This document shows, piece after piece, positions 54,195 to 62,368 of a stretch of 64,000 bases of DNA. Position 1 is the first letter of the stretch, and every line of letters starts with the position of its first letter. The DNA is from Gammaproteobacteria bacterium. Lineage in GTDB: Bacteria > Pseudomonadota > Gammaproteobacteria > Steroidobacterales > Foliamicaceae. The stretch is taken from contig OZ243929.1 of assembly GCA_965213995.1 (NCBI GenBank), positions 1,807 to 65,806 on the forward strand. The letters are read 5' to 3'. A model generated the notes under the pieces. It did not search any database. It worked only from the letters and a program-made list of their open reading frames with translations, and was not told the DNA's origin. Made by a program: the position numbers and the translations under genes.

Positions 54195-55355
54195 TCAGGA
54201 TCCCGTTCGCCGCACCACGAGGCAGGTGATGTCATCGGATTGCGAACGCTCCCCTGCAAACTCGCTAACGGCAGCGAATATCGCGTCGTTGGTGGCGCGC
54301 GCGCTCGCCGGCGGCGAACCGGCAAACACCGCCTTGAAGCGCTCCATGCCGAATTCCTCGTTATCGAGATTTTCCGCCTCCGATACGCCGTCCGTGTAGA
54401 GGACCAGCGCCTCGCCCGGTTGCAGCGCCGCCTCGTCAGTCTCGAATTCGAGGTCCGGCATCACGCCCAGCGCCACGCCGCCGGTGAGCGGCAGCGTGGT
54501 GGAGCTGCCATCCCGATGCACGATCAACGGCGGATTGTGGCCGCCGTTGGCGTAGCGCACAACTCCTGTCGCAGGATCGTAAACAGCGTAAAACAGCGTC
54601 ACGAACATTTGCGCTTCGTTGCCGTCTTGCAGCTGCTCGTTGGCCATCGTCACCACCTTGCCGGGATCTTCGTAGCTCAACGCCGAGCCTTTCAGCACCG
54701 TGCGGCTGGACATCATGAAAAGCGCGGCGGGAATGCCCTTGTCCGAAACGTCCGCAATGGCAATGCCTATCTTTCCATGCTCCAGCCGAATCAAATCGAA
54801 GAAGTCGCCTCCCACGTTGCGCGCCGGGATCATGCTGCCGTAAATCTCGTACTGGTCCGTTTGCGGAAAAATTTTCGGCAGAATGGATTGCTGCATCCTG
54901 TTGGCAACATCCAGCTCGCTTTGCAGGGCTTGCAGCTGGTCGCGCGCCACCGTCGCCTCGCGCCACATCTCCAGTTGCCGCAAACCGCGTTCGACCGTCG
55001 TCCTCAGATCGTCGAAGTCGATCGGCTTGGTGACGAAATCGAAGGCACCGCGGTTCATGGCCGCGCGGATGTTCTTTATGTCGCCGTAGGCCGAGATGAC
55101 CACGGAGCGAAGATCGGTGTCCACGTCGGGGAGCTTCTCAAGCAGAGTCAGCCCGTCCATGCGCGGCATGTTGATATCGGACAGCACCAGATCAATGTCG
55201 TTTTGCTGCCCCAGAACCTCAAGCGCGTCCAAGCCGTCGTGGGCAAAAACAAAAGCGTACTTGCCCGAGCGGATTTCGCGGCGCATCCGCTGCCGGACCA
55301 GCTGCTCCAAGTCCGTCTCGTCGTCCACCATCAGGATCTTGTATTGCGCTTGCAT
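54195..55355 (-). CDS. Response regulator with a PP2C (SpoIIE/RsbU-type) phosphatase output
   Basis: REC domain ILMVDDE...DLVLSDINMPRMDG, then a PP2C domain GGDFFD...DVSDKG...LYTDGVSEA. Confidence 0.9.
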   Translation of the reverse strand: MQAQYKILMVDDETDLEQLVRQRMRREIRSGKYAFVFAHDGLDALEVLGQQNDIDLVLSDINMPRMDGLTLLEKLPDVDTDLRSVVISAYGDIKNIRAAMNRGAFDFVTKPIDFDDLRTTVERGLRQLEMWREATVARDQLQALQSELDVANRMQQSILPKIFPQTDQYEIYGSMIPARNVGGDFFDLIRLEHGKIGIAIADVSDKGIPAALFMMSSRTVLKGSALSYEDPGKVVTMANEQLQDGNEAQMFVTLFYAVYDPATGVVRYANGGHNPPLIVHRDGSSTTLPLTGGVALGVMPDLEFETDEAALQPGEALVLYTDGVSEAENLDNEEFGMERFKAVFAGSPPASARATNDAIFAAVSEFAGERSQSDDITCLVVRRTGS

Positions 55356-55409
55356 TCAGTGTTCGCCCATGACGTTGAATCAATGCGCCATTGTATATGT
55401 TCGGGCCGC

Positions 55410-56417
55410 TCAGATTTGCAGCATCCTTGCCACCGCGAGGCGCGCCCGCTCGGCGGTGGCCGCGGGCACGCGCACCTCGGGCTGAAGGCTTTCCAGCGCG
55501 GCCAGGATCTTAGGCAGGGTAATGCGCTTCATGTGCGGGCAAAGGTTGCAGGGGCGCACGAAATCCACATCGGGATGCTCCACCGCCACGTTGTCGCTCA
55601 TCGAGCACTCCGTGACCATGACCACGCGGCGGGGTTTGCGTTCGCCCACGTAGCGGATCATTGCCGAAGTCGAGCCAACAAAGTCGGCTTCCGCCAGCAC
55701 ATCGGGCGGGCACTCCGGATGGGCGATCACTTGGATTCCCCGGTGCGAATTCCGATAGCTCCTTATTTCGCCGGCCGTGAAGCGCTCGTGCACTTCGCAA
55801 CTGCCCTCCCAGAGAATCATCTCGACATCGGTCTTGCTGGCAACGTAGCGGCCGAGATAGCCATCAGGAAGAAAGATCACGCGGTCCGCGCCAAGCGATT
55901 CGACAATCCGCACGGCGTTCGCCGAGGTGCAGCAAATATCGGACTCGGCCTTGACCTCGGCGGAGGTGTTGACATAAGTCACGACCGGCACGCCCGGATA
56001 TTTCTGCTTGAGCAAGCGCACATCCTCGCCGGTGATGGCGGCCGCAAGCGAACAGCCGGCATCAAGATCGGGGATCAGAACCGTTTTTTCCGGCGCTAGG
56101 ATCTTGGCTGTTTCAGCCATGAAATGCACGCCGCACATGAGAATCACCCCGGCCTCGGCCTCGGCGCCCAGTCGGGCCAGCTCCAGTGAATCCCCGGAAT
56201 GGTCGGCAACTCCGTGGAATATCTCCGGGGTCTGGTAGTTATGCACCAGAATCACAGCGTCGCGCTCGCGCTTGAGCTTGTTGATGCGGGCGATGTACGG
56301 AGCGTGCAGAGGCCATTCCACCTCGGGGATGACATCCGACAGCCGCGCCCATACAGGCGCGGTGGCGCGCCGGACATCGGCGTTGAAATCAAGATGGCTG
56401 CTGGGCTGCATCTGCAT
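55410..56417 (-). CDS. nadA: Quinolinate synthase
   Basis: 335 aa with ILVHNYQ, CGVHFMAETAKIL and the family-wide Cys pattern. Confidence 0.93.
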   Translation of the reverse strand: MQMQPSSHLDFNADVRRATAPVWARLSDVIPEVEWPLHAPYIARINKLKRERDAVILVHNYQTPEIFHGVADHSGDSLELARLGAEAEAGVILMCGVHFMAETAKILAPEKTVLIPDLDAGCSLAAAITGEDVRLLKQKYPGVPVVTYVNTSAEVKAESDICCTSANAVRIVESLGADRVIFLPDGYLGRYVASKTDVEMILWEGSCEVHERFTAGEIRSYRNSHRGIQVIAHPECPPDVLAEADFVGSTSAMIRYVGERKPRRVVMVTECSMSDNVAVEHPDVDFVRPCNLCPHMKRITLPKILAALESLQPEVRVPAATAERARLAVARMLQI

Positions 56418-56479
56418 TGGAATCCTCTGTTTGCCGGACTGTAATGCTACAAATGAGCATAAGGCTTGTCAAACACCCT

Positions 56480-56712
56480 CCGCCCTCCCGCCAATTCCTC
56501 TGCCGGGATTGTCTGGGCGCTTCGATCCCGCCTTTCTTGGCCTCATCCTCTTCCGTGAGACGCATGAACCCATCCATGGGGCTTGGCGGCGACTCCTGTC
56601 GCCGGCACTCCCGGAAGAGGATGAGGCCAAGAAAGGCTATAGCCGCTCATTTGCTTATTCGGATAGAGGCACCGAAGGATTAGGCTGGGTAGAGGAATTG
56701 GCGGGAGGGCGG
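56480..56712. repeat. Nested hairpins: outer C' (22-bp arms 56480-56501 and 56691-56712) enclosing inner C (29-bp arms 56531-56559 and 56608-56636, 48-nt core loop)
   Basis: CCGCCCTCCCGCCAATTCCTCT pairs with AGAGGAATTGGCGGGAGGGCGG. CCTTTCTTGGCCTCATCCTCTTCCG pairs with CGGAAGAGGATGAGGCCAAGAAAGG. The inner loop begins ACGCATGAACCCATCCATGG, the family core in reverse orientation. Confidence 0.85.
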
Positions 56713-56735
56713 GATAGGCGGGCTAGAATGGCAGG

Positions 56736-57650
56736 GTGGCCGAAACGATCAGCGTGGAGCTCAGCGCGGTTGTATTGACCGTGGCTGACAACGAACCCAT
56801 GGTTCTGGCGCTCAGGGACGAAGGCAAGGCCAGATTGCCCGGTGACCGCCTGCGGATCACGCGCGATCAAACGCTGGAGTTCGGCACCCGGCGGCTGCTG
56901 CGGCGCCAAGTGGGCTTGGAGCCCGCATGGCTGGAGCAGCTCTATACTTTCGGCGACCGGCGCCGCAATTTCTGGCCGCGCATTCCCGACCGAACCATCA
57001 CCGTAGCGTATCTTGCGCTGGTGCGGCATGACCTGTGCTCAGCCAGCGCGGAATGGCGGCGCTGTTACGAATTCTTTCCTTGGGAAGACCAGCGCATGGA
57101 GCAAGGGCAGCGCGATCCAATCCGGCAGTCCCTTGGAGCCTGGAAGGGCAGGGCGCGCGCCGATGCCACTCGCGCGGCGCGCGCCGTCCGGATCGACCGC
57201 TGCCTAGGCTTGGGCAAGGCCGGCTGGAATCCCGATCTTGTTCTTGAGCGCTACGAATTGCTTTATGAAGCGGCGCTGGTGAGCGAAGCCTGGCACGACC
57301 GGGGCGCCCCGGCGCCGGCCTCGCGCATCCTGAGCGGCTCGGGCATGGCGCTGGATCACCGGCGCATACTCGCCACCGCTCTTGGGCGGATGCGGGGGAA
57401 GCTGCGCTACAGGCCGGTGGTGTTTGAGCTGATGCCGGCGGAGTTCACGCTGTTTGAACTGCAGCGGGTGATTGAATCCATCATAGGCCGCAGCCTGCAC
57501 AAACAGAATTTCCGGCGCCTCGTAGCAAACCAGCGGCTGGTCGAGGACACCGGAGTGCGCAGGGCGGGCACCGGCGGGCGGCCCGCGCGGATGTACCGTT
57601 TTCGCAGCGATGTGCTTGACGAGCGGCGCGCCGCCGGCGTGCTCTCCTGA
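56736..57650 (+). CDS. NrtR-like Nudix-related transcriptional regulator
   Basis: Nudix-like N-domain followed by a C-terminal wHTH segment FTLFELQRVIESIIGRSLHKQNFRRL...RPARMYRF, typical of NrtR. It is divergent from nadA. GTG start as in the track. Confidence 0.7.
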   Translation: MAETISVELSAVVLTVADNEPMVLALRDEGKARLPGDRLRITRDQTLEFGTRRLLRRQVGLEPAWLEQLYTFGDRRRNFWPRIPDRTITVAYLALVRHDLCSASAEWRRCYEFFPWEDQRMEQGQRDPIRQSLGAWKGRARADATRAARAVRIDRCLGLGKAGWNPDLVLERYELLYEAALVSEAWHDRGAPAPASRILSGSGMALDHRRILATALGRMRGKLRYRPVVFELMPAEFTLFELQRVIESIIGRSLHKQNFRRLVANQRLVEDTGVRRAGTGGRPARMYRFRSDVLDERRAAGVLS

Positions 57651-57718
57651 TGCGGCCGGCTTGGCGCAAACGGCTCGGGCGCGTGCCGCTTCGTGTATAT
57701 TCACGCTATAACCGAAGC

Positions 57719-57794
57719 AGGCGCGTAGCTCAGGGGTTAGAGCACTTGCTTGACATGCAAGGGGTCGGTGGTTCAATTCCACTCGCGCCTACCA
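57719..57794 (+). tRNA. tRNA-Val (anticodon GAC)
   Basis: The cloverleaf was folded by hand. Acceptor AGGCGCG/CGCGCCT, D arm GCTC/GAGC, anticodon stem CTTGC/GCAAG with loop TTGACAT, T arm GGTGG-TTCAATT-CCACT, encoded CCA. Confidence 0.95.
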
Positions 57795-57900
57795 TATTTT
57801 CTGCGTCCGAGTGTCCCACGCCGCCCCACGACACCGACTTTGCAGGCTGGCGCGATGCGCCGCCTAGCCCGCATATTGCACCAATCTGCGCCAGCTAAAG

Positions 57901-58128
57901 CCCTTTTCCTGCCCCTGCCTCGCGGGAGCGTCTGGGGCAGGGCGAGCATCGGTCGCTGCGCGCAGCGCAGCGAGGCAAAGCATGCCTTTGCCAGATGCGA
58001 GCGGGACGGCAGGAGGCCGGCCCCGGGCGTGATTCCGGCACTGCCGCGCGGCAGGGATGCCAACAGCAACTTGGGGAAGCATGAGGATGGGTTCATGCGT
58101 CTCCCGCGAGGCAGAGGCAGGAAAAGGG
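57901..58128. repeat. Long-stem hairpin B (28-bp arms with 1 mismatch; 172-nt loop = family core interrupted by a 114-nt insertion)
   Basis: 57901-57928 CCCTTTTCCTGCCCCTGCCTCGCGGGAG pairs with 58101-58128. The loop starts CGTCTGGGGCAGGG and ends GAGGATGGGTTCATGCGT. GGCAGGG is duplicated at 57936-57942 and 58050-58056. Confidence 0.85.
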
Positions 58129-58177
58129 CGAGGGCGAGCGAAGGCGAAGGCATAGCCGCGCCTATGGCGCCGCGGCC

Positions 58178-61100
58178 ATGACCGGCTTTCATCCCGCGGT
58201 TGCCGGTTGGTTCCGGTCGTCGTTCAAGCAACCCACTGCGGTGCAGGCCGGGGCCTGGCCCGCCATCGCCGCAGGCGGACACGCGCTGTTGGCTGCGCCG
58301 ACCGGCTCGGGCAAAACCCTAGCGGGTTTCCTTGCCGTGATCGACGATCTTCTTCAGCGTTCGCGGCAGGATGGCCTTCCAGAGCGTACGCAGGTGGTGT
58401 ACGTATCGCCGCTGCGGGCCCTTTCCACCGACGTTCGCCGCAACCTTCAGGCGCCGCTGGCCGGAATCGACCTCGCGCTTGAGGAGGCCGGCCAGGCGGT
58501 TTCGGGGATCACGGCAGGGCTGAGAACCGGCGACAGCTCCCCGGCCGAGCGGCGCAAATTGCTGAGGAATCCGCCGCATATCCTAGTGACCACGCCCGAG
58601 TCGCTCTACCTGCTGCTGACCTCTGAAGGCGGCCGGCGAATGCTTGGCGACGTTCGCACAGTCATACTCGATGAGCTTCACGCCTTGGCTGGAGGCAAGC
58701 GCGGGGCGCACCTGGCCCTAACGCTTGAGCGGCTGCAAATGCTTACGGGCAAGCCGCTGCGGCGCATCGGCATGTCCGCCACGCAGCGGCCGCTCAAGCG
58801 GATGGCGCGTTTTCTGCTAGGCAATCGCAATGAGGACTGCGAGATTGTGGATGCCGGCGCCGGCCGGACGCGGGATCTTGCGCTGGAGCTTCCCGGATCG
58901 CCGCTGCAAGCCGTCATGCCGCTGGAGGCATGGGGGGAAATCTACGACCGCGTCGCGGATATGGCACGGCGGCACGATTCCACTTTGGTATTCGTCAACA
59001 CCCGCCGCCTTTGCGAGCGCGCCGCCCGGCAATTGAGCGAGCGCCTAGGCGAGGAAGCAGTGGCTTCCCACCACGGCAGCATGTCGAAGGCGCATCGGCG
59101 CGCCGCCGAGCAGCGGCTCAAGAGCGGACGCTTGAAGGTTCTGATCGCCACCGCCTCGCTGGAACTGGGCATTGATATCGGCGCCGTGGACCTTGTTTGC
59201 CAGCTGGGCTCGCCGCGAGGGGTTTCAGTCTTCCTGCAGCGGGTGGGACGTTCCGGACATGCCGTGGGCCGCACGCCCAAGGGTCGGCTGTTCCCGCTGA
59301 CCCGCGCGGAGCTGGTGGAGAGCCTGGCGCTGCTCAAGGCCGCCTCGCGCAACGCGCTCGAGGAAATTCACATTCCTCCCGGCGCCGCCGACGTGCTGGC
59401 GCAGCAGATCGTTGCCGAATGCGCCTGCGGCGAGCGGGGCGCGGCCGAGCTGCATGAAGCGCTCGCCCGCGCATGGCCGTACCGCGATCTTGGGCGGAAA
59501 CAGTTTCTCCGGCTGGCGCGGATGCTCGCTGAAGGTTATTCGACGCGCCGCGGCCGCTCCGGGGCCTACCTGCATTACGACAGCGTCAAAGAAAAATTGC
59601 GCCCGCGCAGAGCGGCGCGCCTGACAGCGCTGACGAATGGCGGCACGATTCCCGACCAGTTCGACTACGATGTGCTGCTGGCTCCCTCCGAGACGCGCAT
59701 CGGCACGCTGAGCGAGGATTTCGCCTTTGAAAGCCTGCCCGGCGATATTTTCCAGCTGGGAAACGTTTCCTACCGCGTGTTGCGCGTGGCTTCGGGGAAG
59801 GTTTACGCGGAGGATGCGCAAGGCGCTCCGCCCACCATTCCGTTCTGGTTCGGCGAGGCTCCCGGCAGAAGCCGTGAACTATCGCAGAGTGTGGCGGAGT
59901 TGCTCGACGGCGTGGATGCCAGGCTCGCCGCCGGCGAGGATACTGCGGCTTGGCTTGGGGCGATTCCCGGCGCCACGGCGGCAGCGGCGCGCCAAGCGGC
60001 GGAATACCTGGCGGCGGGCCGCGCCGCGCTCGGCGCTCTGCCGGGCACGGGGCGATTCGTGGTGGAGCGTTTTCTCGATGAGCTGGGCGACATGCATGTG
60101 GTGATCCATTCGCCGCTGGGGTCGCGCCTGAACCGCGCTTGGGGGTTGGCGCTGCGAAAGCGCATCTGCCGCAAGTTCAATATCGAGCCCCAGGCAGCGG
60201 CGCTGGACGACAGCATCGTGATTTCGCTGGGTCCCGGCCACAGCTTTCCGCTTCCGGACCTTGCCGGCTGGCTCAAGTCGTCGTCATCGCGCGGCGTGCT
60301 CATCCAGGCTGTCCTGGATTCTCCGATGTTTCCGGCCCGGTGGCGTTGGGCGGCCACGACGGCGCTGGCGGTGGCCCGCAACCGCAACGGCGAGCGCCGT
60401 CCGGCGCAATTCCAGCGCAGCGATGCCGAGGATCTGATGGTTGCGTTATTTCCCGATGTCGTGGCTTGCGCGGAGAACCTCGCAGGCGAACGCGCCATTC
60501 CCGATCATCCGCTGGTTAAGCAGACGCTTGACGACTGCCTGCACGAGCTGATGGATGCCGAGGGGCTGCAGTTGTTGCTGGAAAAGCTTGAGGCAGGCAA
60601 GGCCTCCGTAGTATTTGCCGAACCTGCTTCTCCTTCGGTGCTGGCGCAGGAGGTGATCGTGGCAAAGCCCTATGCCTTCCTCGACGATGCGCCTGCCGAG
60701 GAGCGGCGAACGCAAGCGATCCGCGCCCGGCACCTGATGGATGCAGAAGAAGCGGCCATGCTCGCGCGGCCCGATCCGCAAGCGATCGCCGAGGTATGCG
60801 CGCAAGCCTGGCCGCGGCCGCGCGATGCCGATGAGCTGCACGACGCGCTCAACGTGGCCGGTTTCATGACCGAGGCGGAACTGAGCGAGCATGCCGGAAT
60901 CCTGGCCGAGCTGGCCGGTCAGGGCAGGGCGCTTGAGATCGCTGCGCCGGACGGGCGGGCTTGCTGGGCCTGCATTGAGCGCGGCGCCGAGTTGCGCGCG
61001 GCCTGCGGTCCGCGCTCGGCCGCCCGGACCGCGGCGATTCGCGAATTGCTGCGCAGCCGGCTGGAAGTGCTTGGCCCGGTTACCGCGGCGGAGCTGGCTT

Positions 61101-62341
61101 TGCCGCTGGCGCTGCTCCCGGCCGAGGTGGCGGAGGCGCTGGGCGCTCTGGAGAGCGAAGGATTCGTGGTGAGGGGAAAATTCCGTTCCGCCGAGGCGCA
61201 ATCCGGCGGTGGCCAGGAGGAGTGGTGCGAGCGCGGCCTGCTGGCCCGTATCCACCGGCGAACGCTCAAGTCGCTGCGCCAGCAGGTTCGGCCGGTAAGC
61301 CCGGCGGAATTCACTGCGTTCCTTTTTTATTGGCAGGGACTTGCCGGCGAAACCCGGCGCGGGCCTGAGTCGCTGCGGCTGGCGCTGGAGCGGCTGGAGG
61401 GCAGCGCCGCTCCGGCGGCGGCTTGGGAAAGCAGCGTGCTGCCAGCGCGGGTTGAGGATTTCTCACCGCCAATGCTGGATCAGGTTCTGGCATCCGGGGA
61501 ATGGCTGTGGAAGCGTGCTGAGCCTGCGGTCGGCGGCGCCCGGAGGCGTATGGCGGCGAATACCCCTGTCTGTCTGCTGCGGCGGGAATTCCTCGAATTA
61601 TGGCCGGTATCTCCGGCGCGGCTGGAAGATCTTTCCTTCGGAGCGCGGGCCGTGTTCGAGAACCTGCGCGCGCGCGGCGCCGATTTCTTCCTCGGCGTGG
61701 CGCGCGGCACCGGCATGCTGCGCAGCCAGGTGGAGATGGCCCTCAGCGAACTGGCGGCATCGGGGCTGGTGACCTCGGACAGCTTTACCGGTTTGCGGGC
61801 ATTGATTACGCATGCCGGCAAACGGCCGCGCTTCGGCGGATTGCGGGCCCGGCTCAGCGGTGTTCAAGCGGGCGGGCGCTGGTCGGCTCTTTGCGAACCG
61901 CCGGCCGGGGAGATCGACGAGGAGGAACGTGCCCGGTATCTGGCCGAATCCATGATTCGCCGCTACGGCGTGGTTTTCAGAGCGCTGCTGCTGCGCGAAA
62001 AGAGCCTGCCTCCGTGGCGGATATGGCTGAGGACGTACCGGCGCATGGAAGCGCGCGGCGAGCTGCGGGGCGGGCGTTTTGTCAGCGGTTTCAGCGGCGA
62101 GCAGTTCGCTTCGCCCGAAGCGGTGGAAATGATCCGTGCGCTTCGGCGCGGGAAGCGGCTGAGCTTGAGCCTGGATATCGCAAGCGCCGACCCCATGAAT
62201 CTTACCGGCGTGCTTTCGCCGCAGCGCATTCCGGCCCATCCGCCATGCCGCATCCGCTACGAGAACGGCATCCCTCTCGCCCGGGTCGCAGAACGCCGCT
62301 TGGCTGCGGACGGGCGGCGGGTTTTCGGCGCGGGCTGCTAG
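58178..62341 (+). CDS. lhr: Lhr-like large ATP-dependent DEAD/DEAH-box helicase
   Basis: 1387 aa with Walker A APTGSGKTLAG, DELH, helicase C motifs and the long Lhr-type C-terminal extension. Confidence 0.9.
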   Translation: MTGFHPAVAGWFRSSFKQPTAVQAGAWPAIAAGGHALLAAPTGSGKTLAGFLAVIDDLLQRSRQDGLPERTQVVYVSPLRALSTDVRRNLQAPLAGIDLALEEAGQAVSGITAGLRTGDSSPAERRKLLRNPPHILVTTPESLYLLLTSEGGRRMLGDVRTVILDELHALAGGKRGAHLALTLERLQMLTGKPLRRIGMSATQRPLKRMARFLLGNRNEDCEIVDAGAGRTRDLALELPGSPLQAVMPLEAWGEIYDRVADMARRHDSTLVFVNTRRLCERAARQLSERLGEEAVASHHGSMSKAHRRAAEQRLKSGRLKVLIATASLELGIDIGAVDLVCQLGSPRGVSVFLQRVGRSGHAVGRTPKGRLFPLTRAELVESLALLKAASRNALEEIHIPPGAADVLAQQIVAECACGERGAAELHEALARAWPYRDLGRKQFLRLARMLAEGYSTRRGRSGAYLHYDSVKEKLRPRRAARLTALTNGGTIPDQFDYDVLLAPSETRIGTLSEDFAFESLPGDIFQLGNVSYRVLRVASGKVYAEDAQGAPPTIPFWFGEAPGRSRELSQSVAELLDGVDARLAAGEDTAAWLGAIPGATAAAARQAAEYLAAGRAALGALPGTGRFVVERFLDELGDMHVVIHSPLGSRLNRAWGLALRKRICRKFNIEPQAAALDDSIVISLGPGHSFPLPDLAGWLKSSSSRGVLIQAVLDSPMFPARWRWAATTALAVARNRNGERRPAQFQRSDAEDLMVALFPDVVACAENLAGERAIPDHPLVKQTLDDCLHELMDAEGLQLLLEKLEAGKASVVFAEPASPSVLAQEVIVAKPYAFLDDAPAEERRTQAIRARHLMDAEEAAMLARPDPQAIAEVCAQAWPRPRDADELHDALNVAGFMTEAELSEHAGILAELAGQGRALEIAAPDGRACWACIERGAELRAACGPRSAARTAAIRELLRSRLEVLGPVTAAELALPLALLPAEVAEALGALESEGFVVRGKFRSAEAQSGGGQEEWCERGLLARIHRRTLKSLRQQVRPVSPAEFTAFLFYWQGLAGETRRGPESLRLALERLEGSAAPAAAWESSVLPARVEDFSPPMLDQVLASGEWLWKRAEPAVGGARRRMAANTPVCLLRREFLELWPVSPARLEDLSFGARAVFENLRARGADFFLGVARGTGMLRSQVEMALSELAASGLVTSDSFTGLRALITHAGKRPRFGGLRARLSGVQAGGRWSALCEPPAGEIDEEERARYLAESMIRRYGVVFRALLLREKSLPPWRIWLRTYRRMEARGELRGGRFVSGFSGEQFASPEAVEMIRALRRGKRLSLSLDIASADPMNLTGVLSPQRIPAHPPCRIRYENGIPLARVAERRLAADGRRVFGAGC

Positions 62342-62368
62342 AATCGGCGCGGCAAAGCGGAGGGAAGC

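Noticed and set aside
56560-56683. Mini-ORFs starting at the conserved ATG inside the hairpin cores (MNPSMGLGG... in C, MNPSSCFPK... in B, MKSS* in A2), preceded by GGGAGA/GTGAGA
   Set aside because: The peptide is not conserved beyond 2-4 residues. A2 stops after 4 codons and A1 has ATT instead of ATG. Conservation is at the nucleotide and structure level, not the protein level.
57795-57900. tRNA-Val as an integration site for a genomic island
   Set aside because: There is no integrase and no direct repeat of the tRNA 3' end downstream. The next gene (lhr) looks like core genome. Only the small hairpin element is present.
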